NCBI GenBank assembly: GCA_031418035.1
Contig: JANOWU010000287.1
Location: 11,583 to 75,582 of the forward strand
From: Acidimicrobiia bacterium
GTDB taxonomy: Bacteria > Actinomycetota > Acidimicrobiia > Acidimicrobiales > JANYDT01
Direction: 5' to 3'
Length of the DNA: 64,000 nt
Part shown: positions 1 through 8,910 of the stretch, in pieces
Numbering within the stretch: position 1 is the first letter of the stretch
How the letters are laid out: the number at the start of each line of letters is the position of its first letter
Position numbers and translations under genes: made by a program
The notes under the pieces: generated by a model
Told to the model about the DNA's origin: nothing
Database searches by the model: none
Seen by the model: the letters and a program-made list of their open reading frames with translations, nothing else

Positions 1-486
1 AACCGACAGAGCTCCGCGAAGTTTTCCGACCATGTCACGTTTTTGTTGGATCGGATCCGGTTTGGAAAAGATCGCCTCGAAGAGCTTGCGCTTCGTCTTA
101 CCGAGGGCAGGTTCGCCGACGTTTGCCCGTTCGACAAGCTTGAGATCTTCGACCAGTCGGATCAGGCTGGCGTCGGACTTCAGCACCTGTTCTGCGGTCT
201 GCGCGGGAGTTTCGTTCGTTGGATCCGAGCCACCGTTGTTCGGGTTGGTGATGGTCCCGATCGTCGAGTCGCGTTTCGCAGCCAGCAACTTGGCTGCGGC
301 GAAGTACTGCTTCGACCCCGACAACGTCAGGAGAATTCCCAAGAGTGCGAGGGTGAGAAACGTGGCCAGGAACAGTCGAAGGTGGCGACGGATCGAGCGG
401 AGAACGAAGCCAAGCCACAGCTTTCCCTGGCCGATGTCGAAGAGTTCGCCGCCGTCGGTGCCGTACTCGCTGGGGGTCTGGCTCAT
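1..486 (-). CDS. Polysaccharide chain-length determinant (Wzz/PCP-like) protein, N-terminal part; 3' end runs off the window
   Basis: Absent from the ORF track because it has no stop inside the window. My own minus-strand translation from ATG 486..484 gives MSQTPSEYGTDGGELFDIGQGKLWLGFVLRSIRRHLRLFLATFLTLALLGILLTLSGSKQYFAAAKLLAAKRDS... and stays open for 162 codons down to position 1. It has a cytoplasmic N-terminus, one TM helix and a QYxAxAxL stretch typical of Wzz N-domains. The ATG overlaps the flippase stop (ATGA at 483..486). Confidence 0.55.
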   Translation of the reverse strand, partial: MSQTPSEYGTDGGELFDIGQGKLWLGFVLRSIRRHLRLFLATFLTLALLGILLTLSGSKQYFAAAKLLAAKRDSTIGTITNPNNGGSDPTNETPAQTAEQVLKSDASLIRLVEDLKLVERANVGEPALGKTKRKLFEAIFSKPDPIQQKRDMVGKLRGALSV

Positions 487-2018
487 GTCGGTGCCTGCTT
501 CATCGAAATTTCCTTCAGTTCGTTCAATTTTACGGCTCCGCTCAGCGCGAGAAGACACACGTACACCACTGCATCGGTAGCCAACCGTGGCCAACTGAAG
601 CCTTTTCCTGCGAGAACGCGATCGACGCCGACCACCACGATTCCGCATCCGACGACACGAAGAAGCGCCGAGACCGACCGTTTATCCCACGCGCTTCGCC
701 CGAGCGAACGCAGGCAGAGCCCGGCCACGATCAACTCTGCGAACACCGCTATCGCCGCAGCGGTCGTTCCCGCCCCGCCCACACCAAATCGGCGTCGTCC
801 CCAATGCAGGAGCGCGATGTTCAACACGATGTCGATGATGACCCCGTAGAGTCCGATACGCACCGTCAGCCAGGCACGCCCCTCGACGACGAGATAGGTC
901 ATCGTTGCCATGATCACGTACGTTGCGAGAAGGGTGAAGGACAGAATTCGCAATGCCGGGATTGCGCGGGCCCACTCTGCGCCCAGCGTCGAAACGATGG
1001 TGTCAGCGTTCAGCGACAGGAGCAGTGCTCCCGGGATGGCGATCGTCATCACGATCTGCAAGCCACGACGCACCACGACGGTGAAGTCCTCGAGGGAACG
1101 TTCACGGGCGCGCGACGCCAGTGGCATGAGGACCCAGGGCAGCACCGTACCCGCCAGGAACGAGAGGCCTGCGATGTTCTGCGCGTAGCGGTACAGGCCG
1201 ACTTCGACGTCATTGAACCAAAACGAAATCAGCGTGACATCGAAGTACGTCGACCAGTTCGAAACGATCGCTCCGGCGGTGAACGGGAAGCTGGCTCGAA
1301 GAACCATATGCGTGCTTCGCTTTACCGGTGCCGCTAGTACACCGAGATGGCGGTGAGCACGGACAGCAAGCAACACACAGCGAACGCTCTCTGCAACAAC
1401 CCATCCAGCGGGAACGGCCACCGGCCCAACACGTGACACGCCCACGAGTACCAGGAAGGCCCAGATGATCTTGGCCGCAACGTTGATTCGAGCGACACCG
1501 GACACCTTGCCGATCGCTTGCAAGCACGCAAGAAGGAGCTCGTTCGACTGAACGAGAAAACGCGAGGCCCCGAACAGGACAAAGAGAACAATGACTCCAG
1601 CGGGTCGCCCGAACATCGCAAGAACAACGGCGATGATCGCCACGACCACGGCGGTACACACGCCCCGCAAGACGACTACTCCGGAGACGAATGTTTTTGC
1701 GCTTCGTTGTTCGAGCGCAACTTCTTTGCGCGCATAGGTGTCCACGCCGAAGCTGAGAAGACCGAGCGCGAGAATCGAGAGAGATTCCGCCGCTGCGACC
1801 CGTCCGGCTTTCGCCGTTCCGAGGAGGTCTTGGTACAGGAACTGCACCACGAGCCCGAGGCAGGCGGTTACGAACAACGAGGACCCAAGACTTCCGGCGT
1901 TGCGGAATGCCTGCGCCGCGTCGGACGCATTGGTGGCACCCAACGGTTCTTCAGCCGAACCAGCCAACAGCGAAGCCTTCAGTTCGTCGTTGTCTTCGGC
2001 GCTACCTAAGGCGGTCAT
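483..2018 (-). CDS. Polysaccharide/oligosaccharide flippase (Wzx-like, MOP superfamily)
   Basis: 511-aa ORF that is hydrophobic throughout, with about 12-14 predicted helices (LFVTACLGLVVQFLY, VVVLRGVCTAVVVAIIAVVLAMF, IVMTIAIPGALLLSL). It sits between the Wzz-like gene and glycosyltransferases. The family call rests on architecture and context. Confidence 0.7.
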   Translation of the reverse strand: MTALGSAEDNDELKASLLAGSAEEPLGATNASDAAQAFRNAGSLGSSLFVTACLGLVVQFLYQDLLGTAKAGRVAAAESLSILALGLLSFGVDTYARKEVALEQRSAKTFVSGVVVLRGVCTAVVVAIIAVVLAMFGRPAGVIVLFVLFGASRFLVQSNELLLACLQAIGKVSGVARINVAAKIIWAFLVLVGVSRVGPVAVPAGWVVAESVRCVLLAVRAHRHLGVLAAPVKRSTHMVLRASFPFTAGAIVSNWSTYFDVTLISFWFNDVEVGLYRYAQNIAGLSFLAGTVLPWVLMPLASRARERSLEDFTVVVRRGLQIVMTIAIPGALLLSLNADTIVSTLGAEWARAIPALRILSFTLLATYVIMATMTYLVVEGRAWLTVRIGLYGVIIDIVLNIALLHWGRRRFGVGGAGTTAAAIAVFAELIVAGLCLRSLGRSAWDKRSVSALLRVVGCGIVVVGVDRVLAGKGFSWPRLATDAVVYVCLLALSGAVKLNELKEISMKQAPT

Positions 2019-2907
2019 GTCGCGATCGAACCTGGCGTCGGGTCCGCAGGAAAATCCCGAGTATCGCCCGGTCGCGGACGAGATAACGTCGCCACAATCG
2101 GCCGGGTTCTTGGGTGAGGCGGAACAACCATTCCATGCCGATCCGGCTCATCCACTGGGGTGCGCGTTCGACCTTGCCCGCCAAGAAGTCGATGGACGCT
2201 CCAACGCCGAGCCCGACGGCCGGGTAGTACTGCTCCTGGTAGCGCCACATTGCGTATTCCTGTTTCGGGTTCCCGAACGCGAAGAGGACGAGGTCGGGTT
2301 TCGCGTTTCGGATTCGCTCGAATCCCCAAAACAACTGCTCGTGATTCTCCCCGTAGGGGTCGAAGTCCGGACTGTCCCAGCCGACGATTCGGAGGCGGGG
2401 AATCGACGTGCTCAGACGTCGAGCGGCCTCGACACACGAAGCCTCGGTCGAGCCGAGGAAGAACACGGTTTTTCCCTGCTGTCCGGCCTCGACGAGCAAC
2501 GGGGTGATGATGTCCGATCCGGAAACCTTCTCGGGGAGCGCACAACCCATGGCCCGCGCCATCCACAGCAGGGGCTGCCCATCGGGCAGGCTCAAGAACG
2601 CCTCTTTGTAAGCGGCTCGCAACTCGGGGTCTGTTTCTGCAATACAGATGTGGTCGACGTTCGGGGTGACCACAAAGCCACCGAAACCCGAGGCGACCTG
2701 TTCGAAGATCCGAGCTATCGCCTGTTCCTGACGCACGGCATGGGCATAGATGCGACCGAACGGAACCCGTTCGAATGTCGTTGTGGGACGCACACTGGCA
2801 ACAGGAGTCGCTCGATCAGTCCGTTTCGAGACGTTCGCGCTCGGTCCGGCGCTTTGGTGAATCGCACCGTCGACCTCACTTGTCGCCATCGTCTCCCCTT
2901 TCGTCAT
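2002..2907 (-). CDS. WecB/TagA/CpsF-family (GT26) glycosyltransferase
   Basis: Motifs VVTPNVDHI, LPDGQPLLW, FFLGS and FGNPKQEYAM, plus GVGASIDFLAGKVERAPQWMSRIGMEWLFRLTQEPGRLWRRY, are characteristic of the TagA/WecG family. The start is uncertain: an internal ATG at 2889 is possible. Confidence 0.8.
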   Translation of the reverse strand: MTKGETMATSEVDGAIHQSAGPSANVSKRTDRATPVASVRPTTTFERVPFGRIYAHAVRQEQAIARIFEQVASGFGGFVVTPNVDHICIAETDPELRAAYKEAFLSLPDGQPLLWMARAMGCALPEKVSGSDIITPLLVEAGQQGKTVFFLGSTEASCVEAARRLSTSIPRLRIVGWDSPDFDPYGENHEQLFWGFERIRNAKPDLVLFAFGNPKQEYAMWRYQEQYYPAVGLGVGASIDFLAGKVERAPQWMSRIGMEWLFRLTQEPGRLWRRYLVRDRAILGIFLRTRRQVRSRHDRLR

Positions 2908-3487
2908 CGGCGCTGCTTTCGGTTCTTCGTGCGTCCACGGTCACCGGACTGCACCGAACGACCGATCCGGCTGGAACCGATCGGTCCAGCACCACGTTTG
3001 CCATGATCTTCGTTCCGGCGCCCACGACGATCGGCCCGAGAAGGACCGCTCCCGGGCCAACGTGAACGTTGGGTTCAAGCTTCGGCGCACCGACCTGTCG
3101 GCTGAAGGCGTCGATTGATTCACCGAGCGTAACGCCCTGAAAGAGGATGCAACCCGTTCCGACAATCGATCCGTGGCTGAGGACGAGCCCGGAGCCATGA
3201 ACGATGGAGACTCCGGGTTCGATGGTGGCGTCCCAATGTATTTCTGCCCCGTAGAGATGACGAATGAGCCGGGAGATCACCTGCGGGAGAAACGGAATCT
3301 TTCGGTCGCGGACGAAGCGCATCACACGGTACGCAACCATCATCTGAAAGCCGATTTTCTGAATCCCGTCACCGATCAGCCCCGCCGAGCGAGCGGACGT
3401 CCCCTCGGTTTGATACTTCTCGCGCCCGGCGCGCATGGCGGCGTGGTCAGCGCGGACCGCCGATCGAAACACCTCCCACGACGTCAT
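2876..3487 (-). CDS. Serine O-acetyltransferase-like hexapeptide-repeat acetyltransferase
   Basis: The C-terminal two thirds of the 332-aa ORF carry left-handed beta-helix repeats (IEPGVSIVHGSGLVLSHGSIVGTGCILFQGVTLGE...VHVGPGAVLLGPIVVGAGTKIMANVVL). I moved the start to ATG 3487, which forms an ATGA overlap with the GT2 stop at 3484..3487. The upstream part of the ORF lies inside the GT2 gene. Confidence 0.7.
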   Translation of the reverse strand: MTSWEVFRSAVRADHAAMRAGREKYQTEGTSARSAGLIGDGIQKIGFQMMVAYRVMRFVRDRKIPFLPQVISRLIRHLYGAEIHWDATIEPGVSIVHGSGLVLSHGSIVGTGCILFQGVTLGESIDAFSRQVGAPKLEPNVHVGPGAVLLGPIVVGAGTKIMANVVLDRSVPAGSVVRCSPVTVDARRTESSADDERGDDGDK

Positions 3488-4554
3488 GGCGAGCCCAGGT
3501 TCGAAAACGCGCGCCACGACGCAAAGACCTTCCGCGACCGAGGCCGACCAAACGCCGTTCCGACTCCGGCGAAGTACTCCAGGGCGTAGCACAACGATGC
3601 AAAGGTCATTGCGAGCTTGGCGCGACCTGCTCGTTCGACCCGGACCCCGAGTCGGTAACTCCACGCACCCACTGCCGATCCGACGCGAGGTGCACACGCC
3701 GCCCCGAACAGGATCGGATGGACGACCCGGGGCAGTTTTGGAAAGAACGACCACGGGCTCGCGCTGAGGTGGAGTGGGTGCTTCCAGGAGATCTTCGTGT
3801 CGAGTTCTCCGAAGAGCCGACTCCGTCGACGCCACACGGAGACGTCCTCGTGATCGCTCTGGTGCTGCGACCAAGCCTCTGGGGCGAAGGCAAATGTGTA
3901 CCCTTTGACCTCAAATCGCAAACCCAGGTCGCGGTCTTCACAGCGTTTCAACGACAGGTCAAATCCCCCGACGGCATCGTATGCGGACTTACGAAATGAG
4001 ACGTTGCCCGTACACAGACGAATTCCTTCCGGCTTCGACTCACCGCGCTCGTATTCCTCAACGAAGCGCTCGAGCGCCTGAGTATGGAAGCGTTCGAACA
4101 ACGGCAACGTCGGGTCGGCGGGCGATTTGATGTGGCCGAGGACGACGTCGGCACCCTGCGCGTAACAGGCGAGGTGGGCGTCGAGGAACTCGCTTGGAAG
4201 GTGCATGTCGTCGTCGACGATTACGACGATCTCACCAACGGCATGCTGAATTCCGCTGTGACGGGCTTGGCCGGGGCCACCGTTTTTCCGACGGATGCAC
4301 AGGAGCGCAAAGGGGTACGACTCATCGAGGGCATCGGCAACCGGAACGTCGCCGCCGTCGTCGACGACGAGCACCTCAAATGGCGCGGTGATCGTTTGTC
4401 GTGTCAGATCACGAAGCACACCAGAGAGACCGTCGGGCCGATTGAAGGTCGCGATCACGACGCTCACGCTCACCGCGCCGCTCGGTTCGGGGCCGATCCG
4501 AACCACCCGTTCGAAGTTTCGATCCACATCGGCGTTCGCCGGAGACGTGTTCAT
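3484..4554 (-). CDS. Family 2 glycosyltransferase
   Basis: GT2 motifs VSVVIATFNRP, VLVVDDGGD and VVIVDDDMHL (DXD). I set the start at ATG 4554 (MNTSPANADV...), which makes an ATGA overlap with the upstream gene stop at 4551..4554. Confidence 0.85.
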   Translation of the reverse strand: MNTSPANADVDRNFERVVRIGPEPSGAVSVSVVIATFNRPDGLSGVLRDLTRQTITAPFEVLVVDDGGDVPVADALDESYPFALLCIRRKNGGPGQARHSGIQHAVGEIVVIVDDDMHLPSEFLDAHLACYAQGADVVLGHIKSPADPTLPLFERFHTQALERFVEEYERGESKPEGIRLCTGNVSFRKSAYDAVGGFDLSLKRCEDRDLGLRFEVKGYTFAFAPEAWSQHQSDHEDVSVWRRRSRLFGELDTKISWKHPLHLSASPWSFFPKLPRVVHPILFGAACAPRVGSAVGAWSYRLGVRVERAGRAKLAMTFASLCYALEYFAGVGTAFGRPRSRKVFASWRAFSNLGSP

Positions 4555-5348
4555 CGATCGCCGGTCTTCGCTGGGGAGGTCGGTGAAACGAACTTCTTCG
4601 GGTTGAGTTTGGCGATCTGAGCGGCCGGTACGCCGCTGACGATCGTGAACGGCTCGACGTCGCGGTTCACGAGGGAGTGGGCCGAAACGACGGCGCCACG
4701 TCCGATCCTCACCCCGGGCAAAATCGACGCTTTCGCCCCGATCCAAACATCGTCCTCGATCACTACGTTGATCGCGTCGGGAACCACGCTGCGATCGTAG
4801 AGATCGTGAAATGACGTGTCGTTGATCATCACGTGAGGACCGATCAACGCCCGGGCTCCGATCACCATGTCGCCGTAGGCACAGATGCTGGCCCCACTGT
4901 TGATGATCGCCCCGGTCCCGATTTCGAGGGATCCGTTCGGGCCCGTCGCCAGTTCGACCGCGGTCGGGATACCTCGCAGAACAGTGTCGCGGCCGATCGT
5001 CATGCGGCCGTCGTTGCGCAGGACGAGACGACCGTTCACTCGGACGCCGTGTCCGCGCCCGCCGACTCGTGCGAGGAGGACCCGCGCCTTGATCAAACCT
5101 GACACATATGCTCGGGCTTTTCGCAGGGTGGAAAGCGAGAGCCCGCCATCTCTGCCCAGTTTGCGCTTCGCGCTGTTCAGCTCTGTGCGCACGGTCGTCA
5201 ACAGCGTCACTCTTGTCAAGCTCGACACCGTGCGCGCTGCCCAGTCGACGCCGACGTCGACGTCGACATGGACAATCTCGATTCGAGCAACGGGAGAAGG
5301 TTCGACGGTTTCATAGGTTTCACAAGGTGTGGCACGAACGCGAAGCAT
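4551..5348 (-). CDS. Hexapeptide-repeat (LbH) acyl/acetyltransferase
   Basis: The C-terminal half reads IGTGAIINSGASICAYGDMVIGARALIGPHVMINDTSFHD...VVIEDDVWIGAKASILPGVRIGRGAVVSAHSLV, a maltose/galactoside-acetyltransferase-like fold. The start is uncertain; the N-terminal ~100 aa are not recognisable. Confidence 0.7.
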   Translation of the reverse strand: MLRVRATPCETYETVEPSPVARIEIVHVDVDVGVDWAARTVSSLTRVTLLTTVRTELNSAKRKLGRDGGLSLSTLRKARAYVSGLIKARVLLARVGGRGHGVRVNGRLVLRNDGRMTIGRDTVLRGIPTAVELATGPNGSLEIGTGAIINSGASICAYGDMVIGARALIGPHVMINDTSFHDLYDRSVVPDAINVVIEDDVWIGAKASILPGVRIGRGAVVSAHSLVNRDVEPFTIVSGVPAAQIAKLNPKKFVSPTSPAKTGDR

Positions 5349-5521
5349 TCGAAGATGAATTCGGCCGACGCCAATCTACTGGCGTCGGGTAGTTCTTTCG
5401 GTCTGTTCACGTAGGAACTGAAGAAGACGGTCCAAGGCACGAGCGACATGCCACGCCACGTTGCGAACCCCCGGTGGTGCCGCACAGGTCCAACAACTAG
5501 CATCGATCGGGATCATCTGAA

Positions 5522-7249
5522 GTGCTGAGTTGTTTCGTCTCAAGGCCCAACCGACGAGAGCCGAAGTCAGATATCGAGCGCTTTGTCCGGCCGCTCGAGG
5601 TCGCTCTGACGTGGAGAGCTTTTGAAAGGCATGCAGTGGGAAGTGCAGTGAATCGACAAGATGTTGACCAGTTGGATATCGATTCTACTGACGACCCCGA
5701 ACTCTTGTTCCTTGGGACTTCCCCCCGCATCGATGACCAATCGAACTCAACCCTCGATGAACTTGCGGGGTTGAATCCGGTGAACCTCATCGCGGAAACG
5801 CGTGAGGCTCCACGGGCCGGCAGCCGTCGCCTTCGGGCCGCACTCGTCGCCGGGGACGTTCTTGGCGTCACCTTGGCCTGGTGCCTGACCACGCTCACGG
5901 GATCGTCCGCGAGTGGCCAGAGCTGGTTTTCGATGCAGCGATTCGGGTTCGTACCCGTCATGCTCGCGCTCACGCTCGCATTGTTGGTCACGGGCAAGCT
6001 GTATCGCGCACGAATGTGTTCGGTGCGAGCCGTTGAAACGGCTGGCATCGTCCGAGCCGGTGCTACGAGTGGTATCGGCGGCTGGCTCATCGCCGACCGC
6101 CTGGGTGCCAGCAACTTGTCGCTGGGGCGGGTCTTGTGGACCCAGGCGCTTGCGGTGTTGTTCATCTTCCTGGGCCGGATGACCTATCGGGCCCTGCTTC
6201 GTCGGGCCCGTCGAGACGGGCGATTCACCCGATCCGTGCTGTTGATCGGCACCGGCGATGAGGGCTACGAGCTTCACAAGATGCTCGCCGACGAACCAGA
6301 ACTCGGCTACCGCGTCGTAGGAATCGTCGGTCGGGCTCACGAGGTCGAGGACCGCCACTTCAGCGTCCCCTATCTGGGTGCCGCTGGCGACGCGCCGGCG
6401 ATTGCGCGCGAGCATGGGGTCAGCGGCGTCATCATCGGTGCGTCATCGCTGTCGTTTCGCGAGCTCAACCATGTTGTCCGGTCGCTCCTCGACGCCGACA
6501 TCCACGTGCAGGTGTCGGGCGGTCTTCTCGGCGTCGACTCGAGCCGCCTGCGCGCCAATCCCATCGGTCGAGAAGCGGCGTTCTATCTCGAACAGGTTCA
6601 GCTGTCGGGCTGGCAAGCCCGTGTAAAGCGGGTCCTTGACCTTATCGTGGCGACCTGTGCGCTGATCATCGCCGCACCGATCATGGCCGCTTTTGCGCTT
6701 GCCGTGAAGATGACGGACGGCGGTCCTGCGCTGTTTCGTCAACAACGCGTCGGCCGCGACGGCAAGACGTTCACGATGCTGAAGCTGCGGACCATGGTCG
6801 TCGATGCCGAGGCGCGGCTCGCCGAAATTCGTAAGCTCAACGAGCGCAGTGGTCCACTGTTCAAGATGGAGAATGACCCCCGTTTCACGAAGATCGGGAA
6901 GCTGATGGACGCGACGAGCATCAACGAGCTGCCACAGCTTTGGAACGTGCTGCGCGGCGAGATGAGCCTTGTCGGCCCACGACCCGCGCTTGCCCGGGAG
7001 GTCGCCACGTTCAACGATCGACTTCTCACACGACATCGCGTAAAGCCCGGAATCACGGGGTTGTGGCAGGTCGAATCCCGAGACGACCCGAGTTTCGCCG
7101 ATTACGAGCGCTGCGACCTGTTCTACGTCGAGAACTGGTCTATTCGGCTCGACATCATGATCCTTCTTCAGACGGTCATCGAGGTGGGAAAGCGAGCCAC
7201 GAGCAAAGCATCCCCCAAGCCTGGGCCCTCGCCCGTCTCGAAGAACTAA
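5522..7249 (+). CDS. Polyprenyl-phosphate hexose-1-phosphate transferase (WbaP/EPS priming 'bacterial sugar transferase')
   Basis: N-terminal TM helices are followed by a central Rossmann-like block (VLLIGTGDEGYELHKML...VVGIVG). The C-terminal catalytic domain reads KRVLDLIVATCALIIAAPIM...DGGPALFRQQRVGRDGKTFTMLKLRTM...PLFKMENDPRFTKIG...DELPQLWNVLRGEMSLVGPRP. The start is uncertain (GTG at 5522). Confidence 0.85.
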   Translation: MLSCFVSRPNRREPKSDIERFVRPLEVALTWRAFERHAVGSAVNRQDVDQLDIDSTDDPELLFLGTSPRIDDQSNSTLDELAGLNPVNLIAETREAPRAGSRRLRAALVAGDVLGVTLAWCLTTLTGSSASGQSWFSMQRFGFVPVMLALTLALLVTGKLYRARMCSVRAVETAGIVRAGATSGIGGWLIADRLGASNLSLGRVLWTQALAVLFIFLGRMTYRALLRRARRDGRFTRSVLLIGTGDEGYELHKMLADEPELGYRVVGIVGRAHEVEDRHFSVPYLGAAGDAPAIAREHGVSGVIIGASSLSFRELNHVVRSLLDADIHVQVSGGLLGVDSSRLRANPIGREAAFYLEQVQLSGWQARVKRVLDLIVATCALIIAAPIMAAFALAVKMTDGGPALFRQQRVGRDGKTFTMLKLRTMVVDAEARLAEIRKLNERSGPLFKMENDPRFTKIGKLMDATSINELPQLWNVLRGEMSLVGPRPALAREVATFNDRLLTRHRVKPGITGLWQVESRDDPSFADYERCDLFYVENWSIRLDIMILLQTVIEVGKRATSKASPKPGPSPVSKN

Positions 7250-7338
7250 GCACACCGAAAGTTCGTTCACAGATAAGTGTAAAGAGAATCCTCGATGCGC
7301 GCTTAGCATCCACCACAATTCTCCAGGTACCGGGCACA

Positions 7339-7992
7339 ATGTGCGTTATGGGGGAAACACTGGTTCGTTGCCGAACCACAACACCTGGCTCGGTGCTTGA
7401 GTTGATGGTGTTGGCGTCCGGTCGCAGAAGCTGTATCGGCGTCGACCTGGACTCTGGTGCGCTGATACGCACGGTCGAATCAGTCTCGAGACCGCTCCTG
7501 AAGGTCTTCACTGCGGTTCGAGGCACAACCGCACAACCATCGTTCGATCGCCCTGAGCACCCTGAGTTGGTGGCCTTCGATCAAGAACTCCTCCCGATCG
7601 GATCGATTGCCCCGAAGCGGGCCCAGCGAATGATCAAGCCGCTGCTGCACCCCAAGAAGGGTCCGCTCCTGGGCTTTTACGGCCCCTCGACGCCGTGGTG
7701 GGAGCGCGAAGCAAACGCTCCATCGGTTGCCATCCTCGAGGTTGACCGCCGGATTCGGGCGATCCACACACCGCGCGGCCTTCGTGTCCAGTTCGCCTGG
7801 AACGGGTCCATCCACGATCTACCGCTGGAAGATCTCCGGGTGCTCGAGCGTCTCGATTGGGTACCCGAACAACCAAACGCGACATTTCCGCTCGCAGAGA
7901 TCATCCGGTATGAACCGCGACGACTTCTTCTCGCGATCAGCCGCCCGGTGAACGGCTACTGCACCAAGGTCGTGGCAGGACTTCTGCCCTAG
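7339..7992 (+). CDS. Hypothetical protein (no recognisable domain)
   Basis: This is the in-frame ATG at 7339 within ORF 6940..7992; the upstream portion overlaps the sugar-transferase gene. It is the only long ORF in otherwise unoccupied sequence. Product begins MCVMGETLVRCRTTTPGSVLEL... and is soluble, with no motif I recognise. Confidence 0.45.
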   Translation: MCVMGETLVRCRTTTPGSVLELMVLASGRRSCIGVDLDSGALIRTVESVSRPLLKVFTAVRGTTAQPSFDRPEHPELVAFDQELLPIGSIAPKRAQRMIKPLLHPKKGPLLGFYGPSTPWWEREANAPSVAILEVDRRIRAIHTPRGLRVQFAWNGSIHDLPLEDLRVLERLDWVPEQPNATFPLAEIIRYEPRRLLLAISRPVNGYCTKVVAGLLP

Positions 7993-8107
7993 CAGGGCGA
8001 TGAAAATCCTACGTTTCGACCGTCCGCCAACCACATATTGGCTGGTTAACGACGAGCCCTGAGGCTCGGAAGGGAGGTTTTTCGAAAGCCCTGCGAGAAG
8101 TCTGTGG

Positions 8108-8788
8108 CTACTTCCCGCTGGCCACTCGGGCTGCGAGGTGCTCGGCCATCGCCCACCCGAAGGTCACGAGGACATCACCGTTGGCCGTGTCGAGCGTGGA
8201 GAAGAACTCGCGAACGTCGTCTTTGACGGAGTCGGCCTTGAGGGCCTCGAAGTCGAGGCATCCACTCGGCGACCCATCGCCACGAATCACGAAGGCACGA
8301 TCGTCGACTCGGTGCTCGGCCCCGAAACGCTTCGCCAGTCGTCGACTCCACGCTCGTTCTTCGCCACTGGGCTTGTGCCCCGGGCGCGGAACGATGTCTT
8401 CAAGACCTTTGAACGCAGCAAATCCTGCCGGGTCGATCATCCGTGTGCCGATAAGGACGTCTTCGTCCGGAAAGGCCAGAAGGGATCGACGGAGCTGATC
8501 AAACATCATGACGCGAAGGGCGGTGTCTCGCTTGGCGCTGCGTCGCACTGAGGCAAGGCCGATGAGCAGCGATGGCGTGCCACCGATCCGCTCAAGGCTG
8601 CAAAACCCGAACGCCTGCAATTTCCCGGCTTCGCGAACTTGGGTGACCAGAACCCAGAGATCGCGCTGCTTCGAAAGCAGACCGATGTCGAAACCCGCGG
8701 GGCTAGGTACCGAAAGGTCCCCCATCTCCGTAAGCTCAGCATCCGACAGGGCCGTGCAATCTTTGGTTTCGACGTCCATATGGCTCAT
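8108..8788 (-). CDS. Hypothetical protein (no recognisable domain)
   Basis: I set the start at ATG 8788 (MSHMDVETKDCTALSDAELTEMGDL...), which has GGAGCG a few nt upstream. The longer ORF-track version runs into the Wzy-like gene. It is soluble and lies convergent with 7339..7992. Confidence 0.5.
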   Translation of the reverse strand: MSHMDVETKDCTALSDAELTEMGDLSVPSPAGFDIGLLSKQRDLWVLVTQVREAGKLQAFGFCSLERIGGTPSLLIGLASVRRSAKRDTALRVMMFDQLRRSLLAFPDEDVLIGTRMIDPAGFAAFKGLEDIVPRPGHKPSGEERAWSRRLAKRFGAEHRVDDRAFVIRGDGSPSGCLDFEALKADSVKDDVREFFSTLDTANGDVLVTFGWAMAEHLAARVASGK

Positions 8789-8910
8789 TCGCTCCGCTTC
8801 CTGGCCCCCCGGCCCGTCGTCCAGTTTAGCCGAGCCTGAACCTCTCTCCCAAGCAGAAAACTCGCTCTCCGCGGTCACCGACCGAAAAGAGACCGAAACT
8901 GCGCGAAAAA

